DNA from: Cyanidioschyzon merolae
Lineage: Eukaryota
Direction: 5' to 3' (one strand)
Assembly (NCBI GenBank): GCA_000091205.1
Contig: AP006500.2
DNA length: 64,000 bases
Position numbers and translations under genes: made by a program. The notes beneath the pieces were generated by a model that saw nothing but the letters and a program-made list of their open reading frames with translations, was not told the DNA's origin and made no database searches. The stretch's first letter is position 1; each line of letters begins with the position of its first letter. Below, piece by piece: positions 21,254 through 32,526 of this stretch.

Positions 21254-22524
21254 ACATGGAAACGAAAGCCTTCAACTGGATTGAACCATAGCGACCAGGC
21301 TGGCACGAAGCACCACTGCTCGCCCGATCTCGGCTGCGTACTCCATGACCGCGTTGGAGTCACGGAGAACGAAGATGTGGAAGAGCTGGGTAGAAGAATG
21401 TGGGTACCAGAACCCACGATGATTACCTCAACGAAGCCTGGGCTGTTGAACGATCCTGTCCGATTCGCAGTTTTTCGGCACCTGCAAGAAACAATTGTCG
21501 CTAAGGCGGATGCTGCCAGAATGCGCACTCGTCTCGTCTTTACGAACAGCAGCTTATCTCTCTTTGAATCACCATGTACAGGTCTACCACTTCACACGAT
21601 TAAAGTCGCATCACGGAAGACGAACACCCGTTTCTCCTGTAACAAGCGTTCGCGCTTCCGTGTCCAATCGACAGTATGGTGGTCACCGAGCAACGGTCTC
21701 CCATACAAGCGCGCTTTTTATTTTTTTTATCCGTCTCTCTTCATCGCTGTCGGTATCAACGGTACGGAAGCTTCGCATCCTATTGCTTCTTCAGAAATAT
21801 TTGGTAGAGAACGTATGGAATGGATTTAATTGACGAGGAAACACTTGTGCAGAAATTGTTCGACGAATTCTGGTTTACAGACACGATATGCAGCTTACGG
21901 AGAACGATGACAATGGTTCATCCACCTGCTGACCGTAGAAGGAAGGTATTGTGGACATCAACAGGTTTCTAGCAAGTTACCACCAAAAGCACCGATTATC
22001 TCCGCGTCCTCTATCTGCATGCTACATCATACATTCCTTTTGTTGACTACCTGCAATACATCGAAGTGAAACCAAATTCACACACTGATGCACGAGTTCC
22101 AGAGTGCGCTGCTCTGAGCATGACGCCCACCATGCCGTGGCAAACATAATTCTAGGACAAGACACACCGCAGGCATCCTCGAAGCTCGCGAGGCTCAACC
22201 GGGTTCCCCGCTCGCAGGCAAAAACGAACCGCAGATGCGCCCCCTGCGCTCAGGAGGTGTGGCGCCCGCTCATCGTTCCTTGTTGCACGCTACCGTATCT
22301 GGCTCGTCAGCGCAAACTTGTCGGTAAAATATCCTGAACTTTCGCCAGAATGCTGCAGAGATGCTTCAGGCAATGAACAGGTCGGAGGATCCACCAGACA
22401 CGACGTCATCGTGACGACGGGCAGCGTGCCTGTGTGGGTTCTGCAGCGCAGGCGCACCAGCGACCAACATTGTTTTCAATTCTGCAAGTGTGTTTACAAG
22501 CGAGGAATCAAAGCATTTGGATGG

Positions 22525-24741
22525 TCAAAGAGAACGCGACCTACGACCTCGTCGCTGTCTCAGAGAAGCGCTGCTAAAAACCCGAATTCCCGCCACTGCA
22601 CTGGAGAACTCATCGAGTTCCAGGCTCGGTGGTAACATTGCCTGAAGGGTCGACGAGTGCGTCGATGCTCGCTCCATCCGCTCCAGACGCCCGTTCGGTA
22701 TGTGCAGCAACCTAGAACGTTGAGATGCAACGCCGGTGCCTTCCGACTCATGCGAGAAACGGCGCCACAGCCATTCATCGGTTTCTAGATATTTTTCACG
22801 CGCACTGTCGACGTTCTTGTCTGACACTGTGCGCAATCGCCTGCGTGTTTCATGTCCGTCGTGGCTTGTGCGGGTGACGTTATCTGGGGCGCCGAGCGGC
22901 GAGGTCTGCTCCAGCGGCCGTACGCCGTTGGGCGAGTGAGCCGGCGCATCCACGTGCAATGCCTCCAGGACGGTCCGCAAGTCGCTTTCCTGGAGCACAG
23001 TTAGCCATCCCGATACGAGGCTCTGTCCCCATGTATCTGTGGGCATGAGTGCACCCAGGAGCACGTTTAGCGCTGCACAGGGAACACGATTTTCGGTAGT
23101 CTCATCCGGGTCGCTCCAGAGCCCGGGGTGCGTCCCGAGCAACAGCTCGTCTGCGCCCTGCGAACCGTGCTCTTGCTCTACAGAACATGAATCCTGCTCA
23201 GTTGCCCGTAACTCAAGCGGTATCTCGGTACTACCATGATCTGTGTTTTGGAGTAGATCACTGAGGAAAATCAGCAAAGCTGCACAGAAATAGCGTGGGT
23301 GCATCGCGGCGTAGGGGCGCTCTCGAGCATCCCTCCGGGCGGCGTTGGTTCCGACGAGCTCACGAATATCGACACGATGCGCAGCGGTTACCTTGCCAGA
23401 GGCTAACCAGGTAGCGGGCGACCCGTGCATGTCGGGGAGCCTGCCTTCCAGTTCCATTTGAGCTGCTTCTGCTTCTGCTGCTGCTGCTGCTGCCGATGGA
23501 CTCATTGCCCGTTCTGTCGACAAATAAATACGGAGAATGACAGGCCGACAGGCTTCCAACAGAAATAGGCACGTCTCCAGCAGCGACGATTCATCTTCAG
23601 ACCAGACCGGCGCCAAGCAGCGGCAGCTGTGATGCAAAACATGAAAACGATGCTCATCTAGAACACGTCGTATCCATTCGCAGATTCTAAAAATGTATGC
23701 ATCTAACCCCACATATTTTCTAGGCCACTGAAATCTTTCCAGTAAAAACGCCTCAGCCGATTCCAGTTGCGAGCGCTCGATCGAGAAAACTTCTCCTAGC
23801 GCGTCGCCAAGTGCTTTGGTTTTCATGAGAGACCGAGCCGCAGCGAGACGCGTTGCTGCTGCTCCAACGAGATGAAGGACATCGAGCAGACGGCGCCTGC
23901 GCGCAAGCTGGGTACTTTCTGACTCGTCTTTCAGATCACGTTCGCCAGTGGCATCAGCGTTGATTAACGTACATAAACCCGTCGTATCAATCATAAAGAC
24001 CTTCTGGATCATAAAAAAAGCAAACTCGCCGACACCTGGTTCCATTCCGAGAGTAACGCACAAGTCCATAAGCCAAGAGACGAGCTCAGTGCGCCAGCCC
24101 CATTTGCTTTGCAGTCCAGTCTCTGAAGTGAAGTTTCCAACAGCAGCAGAGAGCGACCAGTTCTCGGGGCGAGCTCGATCCAGTTGGCGCAGGAGTTCCT
24201 CCGCAGTGCGATCCATGATGCGTAAGTGCTGCACAAACCGACGCAGGCTCGGTGCTGCTCGCCGCAGCGACTCCGCTCTCGGCAACGGCTCGAAGCACTC
24301 GTCCTCGGCGCGTGTGGTCCGCCTATGCTGTACAGCCTTCGGGATCGAGCCGTCATGTCCCAGGGTCTTCGCATCAGAAACCTCTCCAGCGCCTGCGTGA
24401 CTAGTTCCCAGGCAGCTGCTGCCGCAGAGACTCGCCGCGCCAACCGTAGCTGGAAGGGTTCCTCTCCAGACGTGAGGCCGTGGTTCTCCTTCCTGACCCT
24501 GTGTCGAGAGAGTCTCTATGGACGTTCGCGACAAACATCTCTCAAGAGCTGGCGTTTTAATTTCAGCCTGCTGACGAACACGTGCTGCAACAAAAGACTG
24601 CGGTGCGCAGCGCTCTGGATTCACGGACGCTACGCTTCCCAGAGTGAGTCCCCTTTTCGTTGAGTCCATGGTGGTACCCCTCACGCACCACGTGCGTTCC
24701 CCTGTCGCAGGTATCCTGTTATCTTGTCCCTGAGCACCCAT
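22525..24741 (-). CDS. Hypothetical long protein with a possible cyclin-box-like segment. Start is uncertain: ATGs end at 24741 and 24669, and the track start at 24783 is GTG.
   Basis: 'WGWRTELVSWLMDLCVTLGMEPGVGEFAFFMIQKVFMID' resembles the cyclin N-domain pattern (R..LVDWL.EV....L..ETL.LA...D+). The rest is low-complexity with poly-Ala. It is a 752-aa continuous ORF. Confidence 0.3.
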   Translation of the reverse strand: MGAQGQDNRIPATGERTWCVRGTTMDSTKRGLTLGSVASVNPERCAPQSFVAARVRQQAEIKTPALERCLSRTSIETLSTQGQEGEPRPHVWRGTLPATVGAASLCGSSCLGTSHAGAGEVSDAKTLGHDGSIPKAVQHRRTTRAEDECFEPLPRAESLRRAAPSLRRFVQHLRIMDRTAEELLRQLDRARPENWSLSAAVGNFTSETGLQSKWGWRTELVSWLMDLCVTLGMEPGVGEFAFFMIQKVFMIDTTGLCTLINADATGERDLKDESESTQLARRRRLLDVLHLVGAAATRLAAARSLMKTKALGDALGEVFSIERSQLESAEAFLLERFQWPRKYVGLDAYIFRICEWIRRVLDEHRFHVLHHSCRCLAPVWSEDESSLLETCLFLLEACRPVILRIYLSTERAMSPSAAAAAAEAEAAQMELEGRLPDMHGSPATWLASGKVTAAHRVDIRELVGTNAARRDARERPYAAMHPRYFCAALLIFLSDLLQNTDHGSTEIPLELRATEQDSCSVEQEHGSQGADELLLGTHPGLWSDPDETTENRVPCAALNVLLGALMPTDTWGQSLVSGWLTVLQESDLRTVLEALHVDAPAHSPNGVRPLEQTSPLGAPDNVTRTSHDGHETRRRLRTVSDKNVDSAREKYLETDEWLWRRFSHESEGTGVASQRSRLLHIPNGRLERMERASTHSSTLQAMLPPSLELDEFSSAVAGIRVFSSASLRQRRGRRSRSL

Positions 24742-25105
24742 CCATACGTCGGCGGATAACCCAACGACCAGCAATGGGCGCACGTCCCAGGGTATCCCCC
24801 GCGTCTATGGTCTCAGGCTAGTCTTGAAGCTTCCGCCCCGATGCGATGTCACGTAAAGCAGGGGCCTCGTCCCGTGCGCGAGATCCCGCGGATGCACCAG
24901 ACTGATCACAGGCGCGCCACATCGAAAAACGCTCAGCGATGCAGCGCAACGACGTTGGTTGGCGCGTCCGTTGGCACGCGTCGATGCGACGCACGTGCAG
25001 ATATTTCTGGCGGTGACGTTCGTACAGGGCGCCAGCGGCGCGCGCACACGCATGGGCGCGATGCTGTCCGTGCACGTGCAGCGTCGAATCCGTGCGGAAT
25101 GCCGT

Positions 25106-25106
<1 letters not shown>

Positions 25107-25136
<30 letters not shown>

Positions 25137-25137
25137 G
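25107..25137. repeat. (GGC)10 microsatellite
   Basis: Read directly. Confidence 0.95.
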
Positions 25138-25418
25138 CGCCGTACCCGTCCCCAGACGAGCCATTCACCTCGGTGTATGGTTCATACCATGGTGATCTGT
25201 TGATTTGCTCGCGGAACCCGCATGCACCCGTTACCGACACCAGACCAGATGATCCATACAAGCAACCGATGTCCGAAAGGGTACCACAATGCGGTCCTAT
25301 TCCCGCATAGATTCTAGGGGTTACGTCACCTACAACGTCGGGGCAAGTGCGTATAGCAGACTCCACATCCGCAGCGTCTCTGGATCGCGGGAGAATTTTC
25401 CCGTAGACAAACACTGCA

Positions 25419-27057
25419 TCAGGGACGGTGGAACACGAATACATACTCGGACGAGATGAGGTCTGCACTGAGGTGTGTGGTGGCGTCTGTGTACCCGGGA
25501 GCATCTGTTACAATCCATGAATCCGCATCGTGCGCAAAGCATGCAGGCGCACCGCAGCCCGCGCTTGACGCGAGATCATCGACGCGATTGAGCGCATTAC
25601 GACGATAGCGTGGATGTCTATCCATCGACGTGCTGATGGCTCCCAGTCTTTTTCGAGCGGCCGCTGGTATCGGTTTCAGCTTCTTCTTGTACACTTTGTT
25701 CCCTAGAGGCTGCTCTACAAAGTTCATTCTCGTCAGCTCCGGGCGCCTCCGCTCCCGCACCGCCTATCTCCTGGTACTTATGGGAGCGTTAAAGTCCCGG
25801 TTCGCAAACTCTATCGCCTTTGATCGTACCCGTAAATAGCTGTTCTTGCTCGTTTTGCGACGTTCGATATCGAAGGTATGCTTCCAGTGACTGTCCTGGT
25901 TTTCGCTGGTGAACTCTATCTTCCTTACATCGAACTCCGTATGGATCTCCCTGATCATCCCGTACAGGGCCCTGGAGTTGATAGCCACAAAGTGCGACTT
26001 GTGGTTGCATATCGTAACGAAATTCAAGCGCATCCCCAGATGCGCAGCCGCCCGTTTGTACGACCCTGCATGCTTCCGCACACCCAGCTCCATCTCCGCC
26101 TTGCGTTCGAGTTCTCGGTTCAGGAGTACGAAATACCGCAGGATGGGGGAATAACATCTTTTCACATCTTTTTTCATCTCTGGTATCTTTTCTGATGGAT
26201 TCGCCAGCGCCAGAACCGCACGGTGCTCTTGAATAGCCGTACGGATTATAGAGGCTTCATTCGCGCTCCTGGGTGACGTCTTCTTGTCGACGAATTCGAC
26301 GTCATCTTTATGCTGGTGAATGTTGGTGATTCCATTGGTAACCGCTCATATTTCCTTGCGAGAGAAGCCCGGGTAGAATGCAAAGATAGAGCGTATCATG
26401 GAACGTTCAAGGTTCATGGTAATCTAGTTCTTCAGATTCGCGAGGTACTTCATTGCCCCGTATTCGGAAATACCCCAGTCACTTCTGTACCGAGTACCCT
26501 TGTACCGGAATTCCGCGTTATTTTCTTGGAGGGTATGCACTCGCTCATTTTCGTCGACGTTTCCCCTGTGTCAAGCACCAGGTGCGGAATGAAGGTCATG
26601 TTGAAAAATTCTTCCGGAACCTCGACAGTTTTGATGTCCGCCACGTTGTCATAGGTGTCCTTCACAAAATGCATCAGTCCTGACGACGCCTTTATAATAC
26701 TCATGGACTGTGTCTCGACACAATTTCCGAAGTACTCTCGCAACTTTTGCTCGTACGGATCCTTGAAATATCCAAGAACAGAGGCTTTCACGACAATCTC
26801 GTCGTACTGTCGTCTTTCTTGCAGGCATTGACGTCGGCCTCCTGCCTCGGCTTCTTCGTCTTTTCCTGTTCGTCTTTGCTCGGGACTGCTTTTCGTTTCT
26901 TTCCGTCAGCCGGCGACACTGCGCCTCGGGGACCTTCCACTTCCTTGTCCATAGATTTCCTTTTCTTACTTTGGTTTGAAAATGAACCGGCTTTGTACGC
27001 TTCTGCTATAAAACAATTAAAAATCATTTGAATAGACTCACTTGAGGGTTGAAACAC
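25419..27057 (-). pseudogene. Fragmented minus-strand ORF series inside an AT-richer island. The four collinear ORFs are 27057-26788, 26791-26450, 26177-25764 and 25760-25419. It is a possible degraded gene or mobile-element ORF, or a gene with small introns or frameshifts.
   Basis: The four ORFs are consecutive and same-strand, with frame changes at the junctions. There are K/R-rich stretches (KKRKSMDKEVE..KKRKAVPSKDEQEKTKKPRQ). Local GC is visibly lower than the flanks. I recognised no homology. Confidence 0.2.
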
Positions 27058-27825
27058 GATTCAGCTGAAAGACTATAACTTGCAACGACTTTAACGCAAA
27101 TACAACTTGTAATTCAGGTGAACAAGTTAACGAATTGTCAGGATCGTGTTTCCCTTCAACGTCGACGTGCGTGTCATCTCTGATGCCTGCCAGATATGGA
27201 GATATGCGTATCGAGCGCATGATCTAGAACAAAGAACAGATACTGACCACTAACTAGCAACGATATAACGATTTCTCTCCCCGTCTACGATAAACGTTAG
27301 AAGAGGGAAAAGCTTTCCGCATTGCCGGAAGTTTATCTCCTGGGCGGAAGGTCCTGCGAGCCGGACGAGTCTGCCGGGCTTGCGCTCCGTGCGCCTCTGC
27401 AGCGACCGATGCTGTAGTGGGATCTGAGCAGATGGTTGGCAACGCAATTTAATCTGGGACAAGGAGCAGGCATGCTACGTCTGGGCGTCGCCCATATTGC
27501 AGTTGTCTCCTAACATATCGGTTCGCGCTGCCGCACACAGTTGGTCTGTCTGCGCAGCTTGCAGGCTCCCCGAGTGTTTATATTCTGCGACTCCGTGTCA
27601 GATGAATGACTCCTCGATCCGACGCCTTTAGTGGTATGACAAAGCTGTTCTGTCTCCGTCATGCATTTGCCCGAGCGGTATGTGCGCTACGGCGGCTGCA
27701 GGAAACCAGACGCTCCGCGCACGATAGAACGCACAAAATGACCATTACATTCGAGAACAGGTGATGAAACTCGGGAGTATGACGCAGCATGATGGACGCT
27801 TTCCCGAAAGCCAGTATCCATCCAT

Positions 27826-27888
27826 CCATCCATCCATCCATCCATCCATCCATCCATCCATCCATCCATCCATCCATCGACAAAGTAA
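27826..27888. repeat. (ATCC)n / (GGAT)n tetranucleotide microsatellite of about 15 units
   Basis: 'tccatccatccatcc...' was read directly. Confidence 0.95.
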
Positions 27889-27936
27889 ACGTTCTGCCAT
27901 CGGAAAAAATCCTCGCCGCAGCCGTCGGCGAGGCAG

Positions 27937-29604
27937 ATGCCCCGTGGCGAGCGGTCAGTCCACCCGTCCTGCTGTCAACGGGGTCCATCACGGACACTGA
28001 CACAAAGTGGACGCGGAACTGCCAGCGGACACGTCATAGCTCGCCAGGGCTGCACCGTTCCTGCTGCCAGATGCGGACACGAGGTCTTCGTGTCCACACA
28101 CTGCACCAGGGTTGTTTCCAAGCGCTGGCTTGTTTACAACAAACGCGGAATGTGGGAGTGCATAGCACCAACAGCCTACGCGGTGGACTGGAACACCGCG
28201 CTTGGTGACGTTCTGCAGACTCCTGAAGAAGTAGAGTTTCTGAGCACACTGGCGTGCTCGCGGGAGCGCTTGCAAGTCGCGCTGCGGCACTGGAAACAGC
28301 TCTCTCTACGGGAGCGTAGTCTATGTGGAACCCGCCAGAAGCACGCGAATAGCGAGGCTCACTTGCCAGCCGCGGAAGAGAAACCTGTCGACGAATCTGC
28401 TAATAAAGCACTCCTTAAAAACTTGAAAGAGACCCTGTTTGCGACCGCTGGGCCGGTCGAGGTGCGGAGCGCCCTCTATCAACTTGAGGCCTATATTCCG
28501 TGCTTGCAGCGCCTGACGAGCTTGTTTCAAGAACAACGTACTGTGGAACATTTTGCGCATAATCGGCACGCGAGCGAAAGCTGCCGTTTCGCGTGGAAGT
28601 CGGGAATGGCGGAACGCCGCACCGTCCAACGGGAATCATTATTGCGTTTCGAGATCCTGTTCACCCTTTTTTATTGGAGCATGGCAAAGATCAGAACCGG
28701 GCATGAAATACTTGATGAGTTTTCATCGAATGCCGAAGGTCAAACTCGCGAGGCCGTCGAGAACGAGGCAGTCCGACTCTTCCGCGAGGCCAGCGGTGTT
28801 CTCAAGTATCTCTCGGAGAAGCTTTCTCCGGGATTGCTGGTGGACATGGATAGCTCCGAATTCGTTTGTGAAGTGCATCCATGTGTAGCATCCGCACTGT
28901 CAAGAATAGCCATGGGCGAAGCTTATTTGCTGGCACTAACGCGTGCCGAGTCCCGACAGCTATCACCGGAAACACTGCTGCGTCTCTCCGTGGGTGTTAC
29001 GGAGACTTTCGCGCTCGCACGCGCTCAACTCCAAGGGCTCTGTGATGGCACTAACAAGGCTGCCGCTGGTCACAAACGACTCGCGTACTCCCCAGAGCCT
29101 GGTTACCGCGCAGTTGCGGAGCTTGGCGAGGCACTCGGACGCACACGTTGCTTCTATTATCAAGCGCTCATCTTTGAAGCGGGTACGAGTCCGCGAGAAA
29201 TTTCAGGCAAGCGCGGGGCAGTTATACGCTTGCTCGAGCACGCATCGCTCGAAATTGAGAAGCGCCGTGTGGGGCGCCTCCTGCGAGACGGCGCGTTTCG
29301 CTTCCTCGTCCCGCCGATGCGTGCGCCCACCGTCCAGCATTGGCAGAACTTAATTAGCATCAAGCTAGAAAAGAGCCGCCGCGACAATGACCTGGTATAC
29401 ATGGAACCTGTTCCGGACTCGATACCAAACATCACAGCAACTGAGGCCCTGTATCCGTTCTATGCTGTTGAGTATTCCTTCACGGACTTGAACCAAACCC
29501 AGCTCGATGCCAGTTCATCTCTAGACGCGTCACTGAATGGTAGCCCCCGCGCCGGTGCCCAGCAGAACGGAACGAACGAGTCGATTGGAGGGACTTTCCG
29601 CTGA
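27937..29604 (+). CDS. BRO1-domain-like protein (BROX/ALIX N-terminal-like). Tentative.
   Basis: The ATG at 27937 was verified. '[16 protein letters not shown]' and '[12 protein letters not shown]' resemble the BRO1 consensus 'FEKACVLFNIGALHSQIA' and 'AAGVFQYLKE'. The protein is alpha-helical and about 550 aa. Confidence 0.4.
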   Translation: MPRGERSVHPSCCQRGPSRTLTQSGRGTASGHVIARQGCTVPAARCGHEVFVSTHCTRVVSKRWLVYNKRGMWECIAPTAYAVDWNTALGDVLQTPEEVEFLSTLACSRERLQVALRHWKQLSLRERSLCGTRQKHANSEAHLPAAEEKPVDESANKALLKNLKETLFATAGPVEVRSALYQLEAYIPCLQRLTSLFQEQRTVEHFAHNRHASESCRFAWKSGMAERRTVQRESLLRFEILFTLFYWSMAKIRTGHEILDEFSSNAEGQTREAVENEAVRLFREASGVLKYLSEKLSPGLLVDMDSSEFVCEVHPCVASALSRIAMGEAYLLALTRAESRQLSPETLLRLSVGVTETFALARAQLQGLCDGTNKAAAGHKRLAYSPEPGYRAVAELGEALGRTRCFYYQALIFEAGTSPREISGKRGAVIRLLEHASLEIEKRRVGRLLRDGAFRFLVPPMRAPTVQHWQNLISIKLEKSRRDNDLVYMEPVPDSIPNITATEALYPFYAVEYSFTDLNQTQLDASSSLDASLNGSPRAGAQQNGTNESIGGTFR

Positions 29605-31008
29605 AACCAAACGCCAAATAAACACTGTGTTCTGATTCACAACGACAAATGGACGACAAGAACCGCCTCAGCGAAATCCACGCAACCGAGTCAGCATTCA
29701 CGGCACGCTAGAAAAAGTTCGTATCCCGACCTGCATCCCTTGGGTCTGAACGACAACCAATAAAACACGCCATGTATCGCAAGCATGAAACTAGAGCAAT
29801 GCTCCAGCGGGCGCTGCGTATCGCCGCGCACAACGCCTGCGCGTATCCTCGAGCCGACGCACTTTGTGTGGTACGGCAACGCCGTTCTGTCTCCGTGCAG
29901 CGACCTCAGCGGCGCTATAGGCGCTATTGCTGTCGCTTTCGGCAGGCAGTAGGCACACACGATAGGACGTACGAAACCACCAGAATATCCGAGATGAAGT
30001 ATAGGTAATGTAACATGGAGGTAGGTGTAGATCGTTGGATCCTCCACCTCGCACTGGAAAAAACATAAACTAAGAAAAGCAAAATGCGCATAATCGGAGA
30101 ACGCTGGCCTAAGTGAACGTTCTGTCAATGGAAAAAAAGGGAAAAAATGCCTGCGCGTGTTAAACCCGCAGGCACGCATCGCTCACATGATTCATGTTTA
30201 GAATCGATGAGCAGAATGAGGGATTCCACACGCGTGCGATTCTTAGCAACAGGTAGAAAAGCGTCTACTTTCCCGTTTTAGACCGCCTCAAGTTCCACAA
30301 ATTCCAGACGAGACTTGATTACGGGAATTATGGTCCGTTCAAGCGTTCCTCCGGGCATCGAGCATATTGTTAGAAGCGGCTCCGGCGCGAAACGCCCTGA
30401 TGCAGTCGACATACAGAGAGAGACCGGCTCTGGGGTATCTTTGCCGGCGTCAGTGTCAGGCGTTATTCACTGGATTCGGAGCCGAAGACCATTGTTCTTC
30501 TGGGAACCAAAAGGCCGTGTAGACAGACCTGCTTCCAGCAGCGCAAAACGACACGCTATGACAACATAGCGACCAGAGCGACGCCTAGACACAGACCGTC
30601 CATCTCCATCCCGGAAAACCGCGTTGCAGAAGACCTGTCTGGGTCTCGTCACAGCATCCGCCACCGGGGGCACGCGGAGCCATAGCGCTGCAGGCTCGTC
30701 CGGTTCGCGAAACTTTCCATCTACAGGATGAACTTTCGAATATCTGGAAACCGTCCAACCGTACATCGTCTGCGACACGGATGGAAGATAGTATTCGTCA
30801 GTTGCTGGTTACTTCCTCGTTTTTGTTCTATGGGCGCCCGTGCCGCCCATGCAATCCGCGAAACCTATACCTGCGTCAGATTGTAATGGAGCGTTGCACT
30901 GCTCGCTCTGCACCTGGGTTTCGATTTTTTCGGAACTAGATTAGTTGCGTACCCTCGAAATTCGAAGTGCAGTCATGAGAGCATGTGGAGGCTTTTTGGT
31001 TCTTCAAG

Positions 31009-32248
31009 GATTTGCGGTTGTCCTTTCGGAATGAACACCACAACGCTTCCCAGACGGAAGCGGGTCCGTCACCGGAATCAACATGATTCGCGATGCTATC
31101 GAATAAGGCTTCGCAGAGTAGTACACTTCAATTTCCCTGTCATTCGGATGAGCATCCACGCTTCTCCCTTCCCAGCGTCTAGCGGATGCCTCAATCGCGC
31201 ATTCTTCGCGTTCTCGAGCACTCTGTTTCGTAGCAGAGTCGGCGCTCAGCAACGGGCAACATCGTCTACACAGACAAGGCTAACACGATGACGTCGCTTG
31301 ACGGCTTGCTCACGGGCTCGGGTCAGAAAATCACTGACCTCTGGTCATCATACAATCGATTCCGTTCGAAAGCCAAATCAGCCTCTATTTGGAACCGCCA
31401 AAGACATGGCATTCGACGCGAGCACGAGACCCTTCAGGGCATGTATTCCCGAAAGCTCCAGTCTTTTCCGGTTGCACGGAAAAATGTCCTGACCTCGGCC
31501 AGAGGTCATCGCAGCGACCGTCTCCGGTGGAGCGCGTACCAGCGCTTTACACGGCGTCAGCGTTCACCGATGGACATCGCTCAGCTCGCTCGGCGCCCTG
31601 GATGGAGCTCCCGGTGCTCTTCTCATCGTGGACAATATCGCGTTCCACAAATCCTCCATGGAGTGCGACACAGTGCGCCTGCGTGTGCAGCAGACAGCGC
31701 TCCCGCCTAGGGAGTCGCCCAGGCGAAGCAGGTGATCGCGAGGCATAGCGCCAGGTGCGGAAACGTACGAGAGCACCCACTGGCGCCTTCTGTACCCGTC
31801 AAGGCCAGGCACCGAGCGGTGAAGCAAGCGTCCACCCGCCACAGGTTAACGCTGCGAGGTGTAGTGGGTTTCTCGGAACACCTGACCACTGTCAAGGGTC
31901 AACGCGCGGAACGGCGTCCAGCGCCCGCGTCCAAACTAGACAGAGAGAACACCTGAAGCGTGGATCGCAACTTCTGCCCATGAACGAACAGCGTCTGCAA
32001 CGGCCAGACGTGTCGACATCGGGACGCTAACGCTGCCATCAACGTCCGTCGCCCGTTGACAACGGAACTGGGTAGGCAGGATTGACCGGCGTCATTTTAA
32101 AGCCTGAGATGAGAGAGCGGAAAAGGAAGCAGTCCCAGAAAAAGCGCACAGTGGCAGGCAGTTGCATCAGTTCAAAAAGAGGCTCAGACGTTAGTAGGCG
32201 CGCCCGAGTACGCAATGTGTACACGATGCACTCTTTTCTGACGTGGGT
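31009..32248 (+). repeat. Dispersed repeat copy A (about 1.24 kb). It is inverted relative to copies B and C, and truncated at the end that corresponds to B positions ~38560..38695.
   Basis: It is near-identical to 37321..38559 (reverse complement). The shared 140-aa and 119-aa ORF translations are identical or nearly so. Confidence 0.9.
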
Positions 32249-32526
32249 CTAACGCATAAGCAATGCCGGAAACCGTTGATGAAAAAATTGGTATGGGTCC
32301 GATTCTCTGGAACTCGATATGCTGTAAAGGCTTTGTCTCTTCAGGCGAAGGAAGTCAACGGAGGCCGCTTCTCGGCAAATAAGAAAGTACACGTCGTGCA
32401 ATAACGAACGCGCTCTACAATCGGACTAAGGGGCTTCCGTGCTGGCGTTGTCGCGCTTGGTGCTGGTCCGGAACGGTACTGATCGCGGTGGTTCTTCTTG
32501 CTGGACGGAACAGTGCAGGTTCCCGA

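Noticed and set aside
31288-31842. ORFs of 140, 119, 92 and 91 aa inside every copy of the dispersed repeat
   Set aside because: Their composition is Arg/Ser/Ala-rich and random. The ORFs overlap each other on both strands. I recognised no domain. I treat them as chance ORFs in GC-rich DNA, although conservation among copies is uninformative because the copies are near-identical.
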